Shown here: in pieces, positions 1 to 9,831 of the stretch | How the letters are laid out: each line of letters opens with the position of its first letter | How positions within the stretch are numbered: position 1 is the stretch's first letter | Source of the DNA: an uncultured Gemmatimonadaceae bacterium | GTDB taxonomy: Bacteria; Gemmatimonadota; Gemmatimonadetes; Longimicrobiales; RSA9 | Reading direction: 5' to 3' | NCBI GenBank assembly: GCA_964465415.1 | Contig: CAYXJH010000002.1 | Coordinates: 1 to 41,088 of the forward strand | Length of the DNA stretch: 41,088 nt | Position numbers and translations under genes: made by a program | The notes under the pieces: generated by a model | What the model was told of the DNA's origin: nothing | The model's input: only the letters and a program-made list of their open reading frames with translations | The model's database searches: none

Positions 1-482
1 TCGAAGCGCTCGGGTTCCGGCGGGTCGGGGACGACGGTGGCGCCGGCGGCATCGAGGCGGTGGGCGGCGCGGTGATCGTGCTGGGTGACCCCCTGGCCGA
101 CCTGCCCGCCGACTTCGCCGGCGACGCCTCGCTGGTCGTCTACCTGGGAACCGTCATGAGTCCTGCGCTCGAGCGGGCCGACTTTCTACTCCCGGTCACC
201 AGCTTCGCGGAGCAGGAAGGCACGTTCACGAATGTTCAGGGTCGTGTCCAGCGGTTCTGGCCCGCACTGAACCCGCCGCCCATGGCCCGACCGGCGTGGC
301 AGGTGCTGGGCGTGATCCTGGCCGGTCTGGACGATGGGACGGCGCCGGCCACGGCTGGCGACGCATTCCTCCGGATCGCCGAGCTGTACGAGCCGTTCAG
401 CGGGCTCAGCTATCCGGATATCGGGACCCGGGGTGCGCTCCTCAACGAGCCCGTCCGGCTGGCGGCCGGCGAGGAGGCGTGA
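1..482 (+). CDS. nuoG: NADH-quinone oxidoreductase subunit G, C-terminal fragment (5' end outside window)
   Basis: The frame is open from nt 3 with no stop, so the ORF runs off the left edge. The tail (..LPVTSFAEQEGTFTNVQGRVQRF..RPAWQVL..) resembles the NuoG C-terminal region. The TGA at 480-482 overlaps the nuoH ATG (TGATG), and the gene lies directly upstream of nuoH-N. Confidence 0.7.
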   Translation, partial: EALGFRRVGDDGGAGGIEAVGGAVIVLGDPLADLPADFAGDASLVVYLGTVMSPALERADFLLPVTSFAEQEGTFTNVQGRVQRFWPALNPPPMARPAWQVLGVILAGLDDGTAPATAGDAFLRIAELYEPFSGLSYPDIGTRGALLNEPVRLAAGEEA

Positions 483-1825
483 TGGAACAGCTCCACGACG
501 TTGGGGTCCTGAGCGACACGGCGTTCTTCTGGACGTCCCTTTCCAAAGCAAGCATCGCGTTCGTCGTACTGCTGCTGACCGTCGCCATGATGACGCTGGC
601 GGAACGTCGGGTCAGCGCGTTCATCCAGGACCGCCTCGGACCGAACCGCGTCGGACCCTTCGGTCTCCTCCAGCCGATTGCGGACGGCGTCAAGAACTTC
701 CTGAAGGAGGAGACGATGCCGGCGCAGGCATCGCGCTTCTTCTTCGTCCTTGCCCCGGTACTGTCCGTTACGCCCGCTTTCATCCTGTTCGCCGTGATCC
801 CGTGGGCCTCGCCGCTGCCCACGCCGTGGGGCCTGGTCGAGATGATCGTGGCGCCCGTCCCCATCGGGATCCTCTTTATCCTGGCGTTCTCGAGCCTGGG
901 GGTGTACGGGCTGTTCCTGGCCGGCTGGTCGTCGAACAACAAGTACAGCCTGCTCGGCGGGATGCGGGCGTCGGCCCAGATGGTGAGCTACGAGGTTGCG
1001 CTTGGACTGAGCCTGATCCCCGTGTTCATGCTGGTGGGCAACGTGACCATCCCGGAGATGGTGTGGGCACAGCAGCGAGGGGTGGAGGTGGCAGGCGTGG
1101 TGCCGGGGGGGTTGGGGATCTGGTTCGCGTTCCCGCTCGGCCTGGCCTTCTTCCTGTTCGTCATCTCGTCGTTCGCCGAGACGAACCGCCTGCCGTTCGA
1201 CATGCCGGAGGCGGAGGCGGAGCTGGTCGCGGGCTACCATGCCGAGTACTCGTCCATGAAGTTCGCGCTGTTCATGATGGGCGAGTACGCCCACTTGCTG
1301 ACCGCCTCGGCGCTCATGGCGACGCTCTTCTTCGGCGGCTGGGACATCCCGTTCTGGCGGGGCGATGACATGGTGGTGGTGGCGCCCGGGGTGGTGGCCG
1401 GTGCGGAGCCCGCCATCTGGAAGACGGTGCTCACGTTCCTGTCCTTCGCGCTCAAGACGCTGTTCTTCGCCTTCGTCTTCATCTGGGTGCGCTGGACCGT
1501 GCCGAGGTTCCGCTACGACCAGATCATGGATCTGGGCTGGAAGGTCATGCTGCCGTCGGGGCTTGCGTACGTGATGCTCATGGCCGCCTCGATCCTGGCC
1601 CTGGACAGCCTGGGCGTGCCCTTCGGGCTGGTTTACGGGCTGATCCTGACGGCGATCAACCTGGTGGCAACGTTCGCGTTCCTGTACCTGCTCGACCGGG
1701 ACCGGGTGATCGCGGGTGGCTCAGCCAAGCGGCCCGTGCCGCCGCGGACGCCGGAAGCCGTGGTGGTCGAGGACCCGGAGGAGCCGGTCGGCGCCGGCGG
1801 TACCGCCATGGCGCCCCGAGACTGA
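482..1825 (+). CDS. nuoH: NADH-quinone oxidoreductase subunit H (447 aa, longer than usual)
   Basis: The ATG at 482 is in frame within track ORF 296..1825. Motifs LAERRVSAFIQDRLGPNRVGPFGLLQPIADGVKNF and AETNRLPFDMPEAEAELVAGYHAEYS are hallmark NuoH/ND1 sequences. The protein is polytopic and hydrophobic. Confidence 0.95.
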   Translation: MEQLHDVGVLSDTAFFWTSLSKASIAFVVLLLTVAMMTLAERRVSAFIQDRLGPNRVGPFGLLQPIADGVKNFLKEETMPAQASRFFFVLAPVLSVTPAFILFAVIPWASPLPTPWGLVEMIVAPVPIGILFILAFSSLGVYGLFLAGWSSNNKYSLLGGMRASAQMVSYEVALGLSLIPVFMLVGNVTIPEMVWAQQRGVEVAGVVPGGLGIWFAFPLGLAFFLFVISSFAETNRLPFDMPEAEAELVAGYHAEYSSMKFALFMMGEYAHLLTASALMATLFFGGWDIPFWRGDDMVVVAPGVVAGAEPAIWKTVLTFLSFALKTLFFAFVFIWVRWTVPRFRYDQIMDLGWKVMLPSGLAYVMLMAASILALDSLGVPFGLVYGLILTAINLVATFAFLYLLDRDRVIAGGSAKRPVPPRTPEAVVVEDPEEPVGAGGTAMAPRD

Positions 1826-1838
1826 GGAAGGAGTCTGT

Positions 1839-2336
1839 ATGGCGATCGGAGTCAAGAAGGTCCGGCGTCCGGAGGATGGGACGTCGTACCTGCGTGCGGC
1901 CTTCAAGGGAATGGCGCTGACGTTCCGGCACCTGGTAGATCCGGAAAAGGTGACGCAGCAGTATCCGGACGAGAAGCCGAACATCGCGCCACGGTGGCGT
2001 GGTACCCACCGGATGGAGGTCCACGCGGACGGTCGTCCCAAGTGCGTGGCATGCGGCCTGTGCCCGACGATCTGCCCGGCGAACTGCATCCGCCTGGTGC
2101 CCGGGGAGGACGACCAGGGCAACCGCTACCCGATCGTGTACGAGATCGACGAGTTCCGCTGCATCTTCTGCGGGATGTGCCAGGAGGTCTGCCCCGTGGA
2201 GGCGATCCACGTGGGGCAGGACTACGAAGCGGCCGAGTTCACGCGAGACCGCTTCGTCTACGACCTCGACCGTCTCATGGCCCAGGACCATCCCGTCACT
2301 GCGCTCTGGGATCCAAGCGATCCGTTGTCAGAATAA
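1839..2336 (+). CDS. nuoI: NADH-quinone oxidoreductase subunit I (2x[4Fe-4S] ferredoxin-type)
   Basis: The ATG at 1839 is preceded by GAGGAAGGAG (1824-1833). It carries two CxxCxxCxxxCP motifs (CVACGLCPTICP, CIFCGMCQEVCP). I trimmed the upstream part of track ORF 1716..2336 because it overlaps nuoH. Confidence 0.95.
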   Translation: MAIGVKKVRRPEDGTSYLRAAFKGMALTFRHLVDPEKVTQQYPDEKPNIAPRWRGTHRMEVHADGRPKCVACGLCPTICPANCIRLVPGEDDQGNRYPIVYEIDEFRCIFCGMCQEVCPVEAIHVGQDYEAAEFTRDRFVYDLDRLMAQDHPVTALWDPSDPLSE

Positions 2337-2854
2337 TGACCGAACTCATCTGGTGGGTCTTCGCGCTGATGGCGGTAGGGGGGGCAGTCGGGATGGTCGG
2401 CTTCCGGAACCCGGTGGCCAGTCTGCTGTCCCTGGTCCTGACCCTGTTCAGCCTGGGCGTCCTGTTCATCCTGATGAACGCGCACTTCATCGGCGCGATC
2501 CAGGTGATCGTGTATGCGGGCGCGATCATGGTCCTGTTCCTTTTCGTGATCATGCTCCTGAACCTGGGGCACGACTACCGGTCCGATATCCGGGGCGTCG
2601 GCTGGATCGCCGTCGCATCGGTGCTGTCCGGCGTGATCCTCTGGATGATCTGGAACACCTTCCTCGAGGAGCTGCCCGCGGTGGCCACGGAAGGCCCAGG
2701 GCAGCTACCGACGGCCGCCATCGAGCAGCATGGCGCCGTGGGCGCTATCGCGATGCCCCTGTTCGAGGACTACGTCGTAGGCTTCGAGCTGGTGGCGCTC
2801 CTGCTCCTCGCGGCCATCATCGGTGCCATGCTGCTGGCGAAGCGGAGAGTCTGA
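2336..2854 (+). CDS. nuoJ: NADH-quinone oxidoreductase subunit J
   Basis: The ATG at 2336 overlaps the nuoI TAA stop (TAATG). It is a small hydrophobic protein ([29 protein letters not shown]..) located between nuoI and nuoK. Confidence 0.9.
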   Translation: MTELIWWVFALMAVGGAVGMVGFRNPVASLLSLVLTLFSLGVLFILMNAHFIGAIQVIVYAGAIMVLFLFVIMLLNLGHDYRSDIRGVGWIAVASVLSGVILWMIWNTFLEELPAVATEGPGQLPTAAIEQHGAVGAIAMPLFEDYVVGFELVALLLLAAIIGAMLLAKRRV

Positions 2855-2855
2855 C

Positions 2856-3152
2856 ATGATGCTGACCGAGTCGCTGATCCTGTCGGGGATCCTCTTCTCC
2901 ATAGGGGTGGTGGGCGTCATGATCCGCCGCAACGCCATCATCCTGTTCATGTGCGTCGAGTTGATGCTGAACGCGGTCAACCTGGCGTTCGTGGCACTCT
3001 CGCAGCAGATCGGGATCGAGGGTCAGCTCTATGTATTCTTCGTGATGACGGTGGCGGCCGCGGAGGCGGCCGTCGGCCTGGCCATCATCATCTCCATCTA
3101 CCGTCTGTTCGAGACGGTCGACATCGGCCACTTCAACCTGCTCAGGTGGTAG
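2856..3152 (+). CDS. nuoK: NADH-quinone oxidoreductase subunit K
   Basis: The ATG at 2856 lies one nt after the nuoJ stop. The product is 98 aa. The sequence [39 protein letters not shown] is typical NuoK/ND4L. Confidence 0.93.
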   Translation: MMLTESLILSGILFSIGVVGVMIRRNAIILFMCVELMLNAVNLAFVALSQQIGIEGQLYVFFVMTVAAAEAAVGLAIIISIYRLFETVDIGHFNLLRW

Positions 3153-3153
3153 T

Positions 3154-5187
3154 GTGGAGAACTTCGAGCCGACCCTGATCGGCCTGATCGTCCTGCTGCC
3201 GCTCGCCGGGTTCCTGATCAACGGGGCCATGGCGTTGTTCGCCCCCGCGAAGAAGGTGGTGCCGACCTGGGTGGGTCCCGGGGTCGTGGGGGCGGCGTTC
3301 GCCATCGCCGTGTTCAACTTCGTGGGCATGTTCGGGGCCGAGCTGGCCGGGCCCATCATTCGGACGTACTGGTCCTGGATGCCTATCGGCGACCTCCAGG
3401 TCGACGCGGCCCTCCAGCTCGATCAGCTTTCGATCCTGATGACCCTGGTCGTCACCGGCGTCGGCTTCCTGATCCACGTGTTCAGCGTGGGATACATGAA
3501 GGAGGACCCGGGCTACGCGCGCTACTTCGCGTACCTGAACCTGTTCGTGTTCTTCATGCTGACGCTGGTCCTCGGCGCCAACTTCCCGGTCCTGTTCGTC
3601 GGTTGGGAGGGTGTGGGGCTCTGCAGCTACCTCCTCATCGGGTTCTGGTTCCGGGACCGGGAGAAGGCGGACGCCGGGAAGAAGGCGTTCATTGTGAACC
3701 GGATCGGCGATTTCGGACTCCTCATCGCCATGTTCATGATCTTCGCCCACGTGGGCACGCTGGACTTCGTGGGCGTCTTCGAGGCTGCGCCGGACACCTT
3801 CGTGTACGGTGGCGCGGTGGTGACAGCCATCGCGCTCTTCCTGTTCCTGGGCGCCGTGGGGAAGAGCGCCCAGATCCCGCTCTACGTGTGGCTGCCCGAT
3901 GCCATGGCAGGCCCGACGCCGGTCAGCGCGCTGATCCACGCGGCGACCATGGTGACCGCGGGCGTGTACCTGGTGGCGCGCTCCAGCGTGCTTTTCGCCC
4001 TGGCGCCGACCGCCGCGATGACCGTGGCGGTCGTGGGGGCCGCCACCGCCCTGTTCGCCGCGACGATCGGCCTGGTCCAGACCGACATCAAGAAGGTGCT
4101 GGCCTATTCCACGGTATCCCAGCTGGGGTTCATGTTCGTCGGCGTCGGGGTAGGGGCCTATGCGGCGGGCATTTTCCACCTCATGACGCACGCGTTCTTC
4201 AAGGCGCTGCTCTTCATGGGCGCCGGCGCGGTGATCCACGCCATGCACCACGCGTTCCACCACACGCACCAGGACTGGGACGCTCAGGACATGCGGAACA
4301 TGGGCGGGCTCCGCCGCTTCATGCCCAAGACCTGGATCTTCATGTGGATCGCGACGCTGGCCATCGCCGGGGTGTGGCCCTTCGCCGGGTTCTTCTCGAA
4401 GGACGAGATCATCTGGATGGCGGCGGCCCGTGCCGTCGGACCGTTCGAGTTCGCTTTCACGCTGGTCTGGCTGACGCTCTTCGTGGCAGCCCTGCTCACC
4501 GCCTTCTACATGACCCGTCTCATGATCCTCACCTTCCACGGCGAGAATCGGAGCGGGCCGGGCGGGAAGCACATCCACGAAGCGCCGGCGGTCATGTGGA
4601 TCCCGCTGGGGATCCTGGCGGTGCTGTCCATCGTGGGCGGCTGGATCAATATCCCGCGGCCCATCTCCGCGATGCCGGTGATCGGCTGGATCCCTCCGTG
4701 GCACACAGAGTGGCTCCATTACTGGCTGTACCCGGTGACGACGACCGCGGACGGCATCTTCGCGGCGAACGTGGGCGAGATTCGCGAGATCGGGCCGTTC
4801 GGTGGCGGCGAGGCGTTCTGGGCGGCTGTGGCCTTCCTGGTGGCCACGGCGGTCATCGTGCTGACGACGGTCTGGATGGGCCGGCAGGAGCGGAAGCCGG
4901 CCATGGAGACGCCGCCGTACCGCGGCTTCGCAAAGGTCCTCTACAACAAGTGGTACGTGGACGAGATCTACGATGCCGCGATCGTGAGACCGGTGGTGAA
5001 CGGCTCCCGGGCGCTCTGGCGGTACGTGGACGTGGGCATCGTGGACCGGGCGGTGAACGGGGTCGGCTCCCTGGCCCGTGGCCTGGGCTGGGTCGGCTCA
5101 CGGCTCCAGACCGGCAACCTCAACGTATACGCTCTCGCCATCGTGGCGGGCGCGCTGCTGATCCTCCTCAGCGTCGTGGGGCTGTAG
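3154..5187 (+). CDS. nuoL: NADH-quinone oxidoreductase subunit L
   Basis: The GTG at 3154 lies one nt after the nuoK TAG. The 677-aa antiporter-like subunit has WEGVGLCSYLLIGFW, GKSAQIPLYVWLPDAMAGPTPVSALIHAATMVTAGVY and a long C-terminal amphipathic region. Confidence 0.95.
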   Translation: MENFEPTLIGLIVLLPLAGFLINGAMALFAPAKKVVPTWVGPGVVGAAFAIAVFNFVGMFGAELAGPIIRTYWSWMPIGDLQVDAALQLDQLSILMTLVVTGVGFLIHVFSVGYMKEDPGYARYFAYLNLFVFFMLTLVLGANFPVLFVGWEGVGLCSYLLIGFWFRDREKADAGKKAFIVNRIGDFGLLIAMFMIFAHVGTLDFVGVFEAAPDTFVYGGAVVTAIALFLFLGAVGKSAQIPLYVWLPDAMAGPTPVSALIHAATMVTAGVYLVARSSVLFALAPTAAMTVAVVGAATALFAATIGLVQTDIKKVLAYSTVSQLGFMFVGVGVGAYAAGIFHLMTHAFFKALLFMGAGAVIHAMHHAFHHTHQDWDAQDMRNMGGLRRFMPKTWIFMWIATLAIAGVWPFAGFFSKDEIIWMAAARAVGPFEFAFTLVWLTLFVAALLTAFYMTRLMILTFHGENRSGPGGKHIHEAPAVMWIPLGILAVLSIVGGWINIPRPISAMPVIGWIPPWHTEWLHYWLYPVTTTADGIFAANVGEIREIGPFGGGEAFWAAVAFLVATAVIVLTTVWMGRQERKPAMETPPYRGFAKVLYNKWYVDEIYDAAIVRPVVNGSRALWRYVDVGIVDRAVNGVGSLARGLGWVGSRLQTGNLNVYALAIVAGALLILLSVVGL

Positions 5188-5191
5188 CGAG

Positions 5192-6874
5192 ATGGCATTC
5201 CTAGAGTCGATCGGATACAGCAGCTGGGTGGTCCACTTCCTCGTGTGGGCGCCGCTGGTGGGCATGGCCGTCGTCATGCTCGGCCCCACGGATCGCGCCA
5301 AGGAGCTGGCCCTCGGCGCTGCCGCGATCATCTTCCTGGTGAGCGCACCCCTCTGGGCCGCATTCAACCCGGCGAGCGGCGGGTTCCAGTTCCAGACCGA
5401 CGTCCCCTGGATCCCCGACTGGGGGATCCACTACAGGGTGGGGATCGATGGGATCAGCATCCTCCTCATCCTGCTGACCACCCTGATCATGCCGCTGGCC
5501 ATCCTCGGATCGTTCCGGTACATCGCGGATCGCCAGCGGACGTTCTACGGGATGATGCTGCTGCTCCAGACCGGGATCATCGGCGTCTTCGTCGCTCTCG
5601 ACCTGTTCCTGTTCTTCGTCTTCTGGGAGCTAATGCTGGTGCCGATGTACTTCATCATCGGCGTATGGGGGGGTGACCGGAGGATCTACGCGGCCATCAA
5701 GTTCTTCCTGTTCACCGCCGTGGGCTCGCTGCTCATGCTGGTGGCCATCCTGTACATGTTCTTCAAGTATCGGATGCTGACGGGGGACGTGAGCTTCGCG
5801 TACGTCGACCTCCTGAACGTGCCACTCACATTGACCGAGCAGATCTGGCTGTTCGGCGCGTTCGCGCTCGCATTCCTGATCAAGGTCCCCGTTTTCCCGT
5901 TCCACACCTGGTTGCCGGACGCGCACGTCGAGGCACCGACACCCGGCTCTGTCGTGCTGGCTGCGGTGCTCCTCAAGCTGGGCAGCTACGGGTTCCTCCG
6001 GTTCCTGCTCCCGTTCTTCCCGGCCGCGGCCACCCACGCCACCATCGTATTGGGGCTGATGGTCCTCGGCCTCATCGGGATCACATACGCGGCGTGGGTA
6101 GCCGCCGTGCAGCCGGACGCCAAGAAGCTGGTAGCCTACACGTCCGTCGCTCACATGGGCTTCGTGGTGCTCGGCATCTTCGCCCTCAACCTGCAGGGCG
6201 TCCAGGGCGCGATAATCGTCATGCTCAGCCATGGTGCCAGCACGGGCGCCCTGTTCCTCCTGCTAGGCATGCTGTACGAGCGGCGGCACACGCGGACGAT
6301 CGCCGATTTCGGCGGCTTGGCCGCGGTCATGCCCATGTTCGCCACGATCTTCGTATTCACCGCGCTGGCGAGCATCGGCCTGCCTGGCACCAGCGGGTTC
6401 GTGGGCGAGTTCCTGACCCTGATCGGCACCTTCCAGACCCACCCGTGGATCGCGCTGATCGCCACCACGGGCGTCATCTTCGCCGCGTACTACATGCTGC
6501 CCATGGTGCAGCGGATGTGGTTCAACGAGCCGGACAAGCCGGAGAACCGGAACCTGCCCGATCTGAGCGTGCGGGAGCTCACAGTCCTCCTCCCGCTGGT
6601 GACAGTGATGCTGTGGATGGGTGTCTATCCGAAGCCGTTCCTGGAACGGACGGAGCAGACTGTCGTGGAGCTGCTGGAGGGCGTCGAACGAAACCGGGCG
6701 CCCATGAGGGCGCGGTTCGGGGCCGCACCGCCGGTCGAGATCAAGATGCAGGAGCCGACAGCCGGCGCGCGGGCCGAGCCGCCGCCGGCCGCTGTGGAAT
6801 CTTCGCATCCGGGCGATGTGGTGGCCGATCTGACGACGGAGGGGCGAGTGGTGGAGGCGGGAAATGGAGATTAA
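5192..6874 (+). CDS. nuoM: NADH-quinone oxidoreductase subunit M (with low-complexity C-terminal tail)
   Basis: ATG at 5192. The antiporter-like subunit has FFVFWELMLVPMYFIIGVWGG and KVPVFPFHTWLPDAHVEAPTPGSVVLAAVLLKLG. Confidence 0.93.
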   Translation: MAFLESIGYSSWVVHFLVWAPLVGMAVVMLGPTDRAKELALGAAAIIFLVSAPLWAAFNPASGGFQFQTDVPWIPDWGIHYRVGIDGISILLILLTTLIMPLAILGSFRYIADRQRTFYGMMLLLQTGIIGVFVALDLFLFFVFWELMLVPMYFIIGVWGGDRRIYAAIKFFLFTAVGSLLMLVAILYMFFKYRMLTGDVSFAYVDLLNVPLTLTEQIWLFGAFALAFLIKVPVFPFHTWLPDAHVEAPTPGSVVLAAVLLKLGSYGFLRFLLPFFPAAATHATIVLGLMVLGLIGITYAAWVAAVQPDAKKLVAYTSVAHMGFVVLGIFALNLQGVQGAIIVMLSHGASTGALFLLLGMLYERRHTRTIADFGGLAAVMPMFATIFVFTALASIGLPGTSGFVGEFLTLIGTFQTHPWIALIATTGVIFAAYYMLPMVQRMWFNEPDKPENRNLPDLSVRELTVLLPLVTVMLWMGVYPKPFLERTEQTVVELLEGVERNRAPMRARFGAAPPVEIKMQEPTAGARAEPPPAAVESSHPGDVVADLTTEGRVVEAGNGD

Positions 6875-8372
6875 CTACGCGTCCCAGCTCGACTACATCT
6901 GGGCGCTTGCGCCGGAGATCACCCTGTCGGTGTTCGCGCTCGTGATCCTCATGGTCGACGTGTTTCAGCGCGGCGACTCCCAGGAGCCAGCGCGGACGTC
7001 GATCGCCTGGCTGACCGTGGTGGCGCTGCTGGCCACGGCCGTGGCCAACACATGGCTCCTGACCCTGGTGGACGCCGCGCCTGCCAGCGCCATCGCGATC
7101 GACGGGTTCCGGATCTACACGAATTACCTCTTCCTGGGTGCCGCGCTCCTGTTCGTGCCCCTGGCCTGGCGGTACCTGGGTGAGGAGGGGATGCGGTACG
7201 GGGAGCTGTTCGTCCTGCTCCTGCTGGCGACGGTCGGCATGATGTTCTTCGCGGGCACGCGCGACCTCATCCTGATCTTCCTCGGCCTCGAGCTCATGTC
7301 CGTGGCCGTATACGTGATGACCGGCGTCAACCGCCGGGACCGGCGGTCCGCCGAGGCGGCACTCAAGTACTTCCTCCTCGGCGCGTTCTCCAGCGCCTTC
7401 TTCCTCTTCGGCATCGCGCTGGTCTACGGCGGAACCGGCAGCGTGAATTTGGTCCTGATCCAGCAGGCCATCGGCGTCGACGGCACCGGTACGAACCTCC
7501 TGGTCGGTGCGGGCATGTCCATGCTCGCGGTAGGCTTTGCGTTCAAGATCTCGGCGGTCCCGTTCCACATGTGGACGCCGGATGCCTACGAAGGGGCGCC
7601 TGCGCCCGTCACCGCCTTCATGGCGGCGGCGGTAAAGGCTGCGGCGTTCGCCGCGTTCATCCGGGTGTTCCTGACCGGGTTTGGCGGCCTATCGGAGACA
7701 TGGGGCGCCATCATCTACGGGCTCGCCATCGCGACCATGGTCATCGCGAACCTGGTCGCCCTTCCGCAGGACAGCGTGAAGCGCATGCTCGCCTACTCAA
7801 GCATCGCCCACGCCGGCTACCTCCTGGTGGCACTGCGCGCGGCCAACGTGATGGGGGCGACCGCCTTCCTGTACTACCTCGTGGTCTACACCCTCATGAC
7901 CATGGGCGCGTTCGCGGTGGTCTTCATCGTCGCGCACAAGCACGAGCTGCGTCTCGGTCTCGCCGAGTACAGCGGCCTCGGCTGGAGGGCGCCGCTCATC
8001 GGGGTCACCATGACCGTGTTCCTGCTGTCGCTGGCCGGCGTACCGCCGACCGGCGGTTTCTGGGGGAAGTTCGCGATCCTCCGGGCGATCGTGGATCAGG
8101 GCGGCAGCCTCACCCTGGCGGTGGTCCTCGTCCTCACTTCGCTGATATCGTACTACTATTACCTGCGGGTGGCGTGGTACATGTGGTTTAGGGAAGCGGC
8201 CGGGCCAGCCAGGGATCTCCCGGTTTCCCGCGAGGTGGCCGTGGTTCTGGTCACCGCCGCCATCGCCGTGGTCCTGATCGGGATCTTCCCCGCCTGGTTC
8301 CTGGACGTGGCGCAAGGCGGCGCGATGTCGCTGCTGCGGCTACCGCTGGCACCCGGCGTGGCCGGACCCTAG
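6864..8372 (+). CDS. nuoN: NADH-quinone oxidoreductase subunit N
   Basis: The ATG at 6864 overlaps the nuoM 3' end by 11 nt. The antiporter-like subunit has FLGLELMSVAVYVMTG, FKISAVPFHMWTPDAYEGAPAPVTAFMA and KRMLAYSSIAHAGY. It is the last gene of the nuo series. Confidence 0.92.
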   Translation: MEINYASQLDYIWALAPEITLSVFALVILMVDVFQRGDSQEPARTSIAWLTVVALLATAVANTWLLTLVDAAPASAIAIDGFRIYTNYLFLGAALLFVPLAWRYLGEEGMRYGELFVLLLLATVGMMFFAGTRDLILIFLGLELMSVAVYVMTGVNRRDRRSAEAALKYFLLGAFSSAFFLFGIALVYGGTGSVNLVLIQQAIGVDGTGTNLLVGAGMSMLAVGFAFKISAVPFHMWTPDAYEGAPAPVTAFMAAAVKAAAFAAFIRVFLTGFGGLSETWGAIIYGLAIATMVIANLVALPQDSVKRMLAYSSIAHAGYLLVALRAANVMGATAFLYYLVVYTLMTMGAFAVVFIVAHKHELRLGLAEYSGLGWRAPLIGVTMTVFLLSLAGVPPTGGFWGKFAILRAIVDQGGSLTLAVVLVLTSLISYYYYLRVAWYMWFREAAGPARDLPVSREVAVVLVTAAIAVVLIGIFPAWFLDVAQGGAMSLLRLPLAPGVAGP

Positions 8373-8456
8373 CCGCGATCGAGTGAGGGGCCGCCGTCGG
8401 CCCGGGCTCCGGCCGGAGTCCGGCCTCATGCACTCTGGAACTCTAGCCGTGGAACA

Positions 8457-9830
8457 ATGACACTGAGCGAGCACATCTTCCGTGAATATGACATTCGTGG
8501 CGTCGTCACCGAGGACCTGGTTGGCGACGTGCCGGACTGGATCGGAGCGGCGTTCGCCACCGAGCTGAGGGCGGGGCGGGGCGAGCACGAAGCTCCGACC
8601 GTCGTGGTGGGACACGACAACCGACCCAGCTCGCCGGTGCTGGCCCGCGGGCTGGTCGACGGCCTGCGAGGCGCCGGCGCCAACGTGATCTTCATCGGCA
8701 CCGTGCCCACCCCCTTGTTGTATTGGGCCGCACGCCGGTTCGGAACGGACGGCGGCGTGCAGATCACCGGCTCACACAACCCGCCGGAGTACAACGGGTT
8801 CAAGATGGTGGCCAACGGGAGCTCGTTCTACGGGCGCCAGATCCAGGGATTGAAGCGGCGGATCCAGGAACGCTCCTTCGCCGAGGGCGCCGGCGCGATC
8901 GAGGAGCGAGCCGTGATCGACGACTACATCGATGACGTGGTCGGTCGGATCACGCTGGAGCGCTCGGTCAAGGTGGTCGCCGATTGCGGCAACGGGGTGG
9001 GGAGCCTGGTGGCGATCCGGCTGCTCGAACGGCTGGGTGCCGATGTGGTGCCGCTGTACTGTGAATCGGACGGCACGTTTCCCAACCACCACCCCGACCC
9101 CACGGTTGACGAGTACCTGGAGGACCTGATCGAGCGGGTCAGGGACGTGGGCGCCGATGTCGGGGTCGGGTTCGATGGCGATGCGGATCGGATCGGCGTC
9201 GTGGACGAGAAGGGCGCCATTGTCAGGGGCGACATCCTGCTTCTCATCTTCGCGCTGGACGTATTGAACGCACGCGGCCCCGGTCAGAAGGTCATCTTCG
9301 ACGTGAAGTGCTCGCAGGTGTTGACCGAGGTCCTCGAGTCGAACGGCGGTGAGCCGATCATGTGGAAGACGGGCCACTCGCTCATGAAGGAGAAGATGAA
9401 GGAGACCGGGGCGCCTCTCGCCGGTGAGCTGTCGGGCCACATCTGCTTCGCGGACGACTACTACGGCTTCGACGACGCCCTCTACGCCGCAGGCCGGCTG
9501 GTGGAGTTGCTGGCCCGGTCGGACCGGCCCCTTTCCAGCATGACGGCTGCGTTCCCGCGGTACGTGTCGACCCCCGAGATCCGGGTGGACGTCCCCGAGG
9601 AGCGGAAGTTCGAGATCGTGGAGCGGGCGATCGCCGCGTTCTCCCGCGATCACGAGGTCGTGTCGGTGGACGGGGCGCGCGTCCAGTTCGACGGGGGGTG
9701 GGGTCTCCTGCGTGCTTCGAACACGCAGCCCGTCCTGGTGCTTCGCTTCGAGGCAAGGACCCAGCCCGAGCTCGACGCGATTCGCACGACGATGGAAGAC
9801 TGGCTCCGGGACCAGGGCGTGCGACCGTAA
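8457..9830 (+). CDS. Phosphomannomutase/phosphoglucomutase (alpha-D-phosphohexomutase family)
   Basis: It has the active-site Ser loop TGSHNPPEYNGFK, the Mg-binding loop GFDGDADR, the sugar-binding loop GELSGH, and the N-terminal FREYDIRG. TGSHNP favours PMM/PGM over GlmM. Confidence 0.9.
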   Translation: MTLSEHIFREYDIRGVVTEDLVGDVPDWIGAAFATELRAGRGEHEAPTVVVGHDNRPSSPVLARGLVDGLRGAGANVIFIGTVPTPLLYWAARRFGTDGGVQITGSHNPPEYNGFKMVANGSSFYGRQIQGLKRRIQERSFAEGAGAIEERAVIDDYIDDVVGRITLERSVKVVADCGNGVGSLVAIRLLERLGADVVPLYCESDGTFPNHHPDPTVDEYLEDLIERVRDVGADVGVGFDGDADRIGVVDEKGAIVRGDILLLIFALDVLNARGPGQKVIFDVKCSQVLTEVLESNGGEPIMWKTGHSLMKEKMKETGAPLAGELSGHICFADDYYGFDDALYAAGRLVELLARSDRPLSSMTAAFPRYVSTPEIRVDVPEERKFEIVERAIAAFSRDHEVVSVDGARVQFDGGWGLLRASNTQPVLVLRFEARTQPELDAIRTTMEDWLRDQGVRP

Positions 9831-9831
9831 C

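Noticed and set aside
3142-4719. A 525-aa minus-strand ORF antisense to nuoL. Similar long antisense ORFs are present at 12188..13711, 14841..16241, 20212..21396, 21240..23036, 35696..37228 and 8772..9929.
   Set aside because: They lie entirely opposite genes with unmistakable conserved motifs. Their translations are Arg/Gly/Pro/His/Asp-rich low-complexity strings without recognisable domains. Long stop-free shadow frames are expected in GC-rich DNA.
8387-8425. GC-rich hairpins after nuoN: GGGCCG/CGGCCC at 8388-8403 and GGCCGG/CCGGCC at 8411-8425. These are a possible terminator of the nuo operon.
   Set aside because: No T/U tract follows either stem and the stems are short (6 bp). Such palindromes are common in GC-rich sequence. 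I did not call it as a feature.
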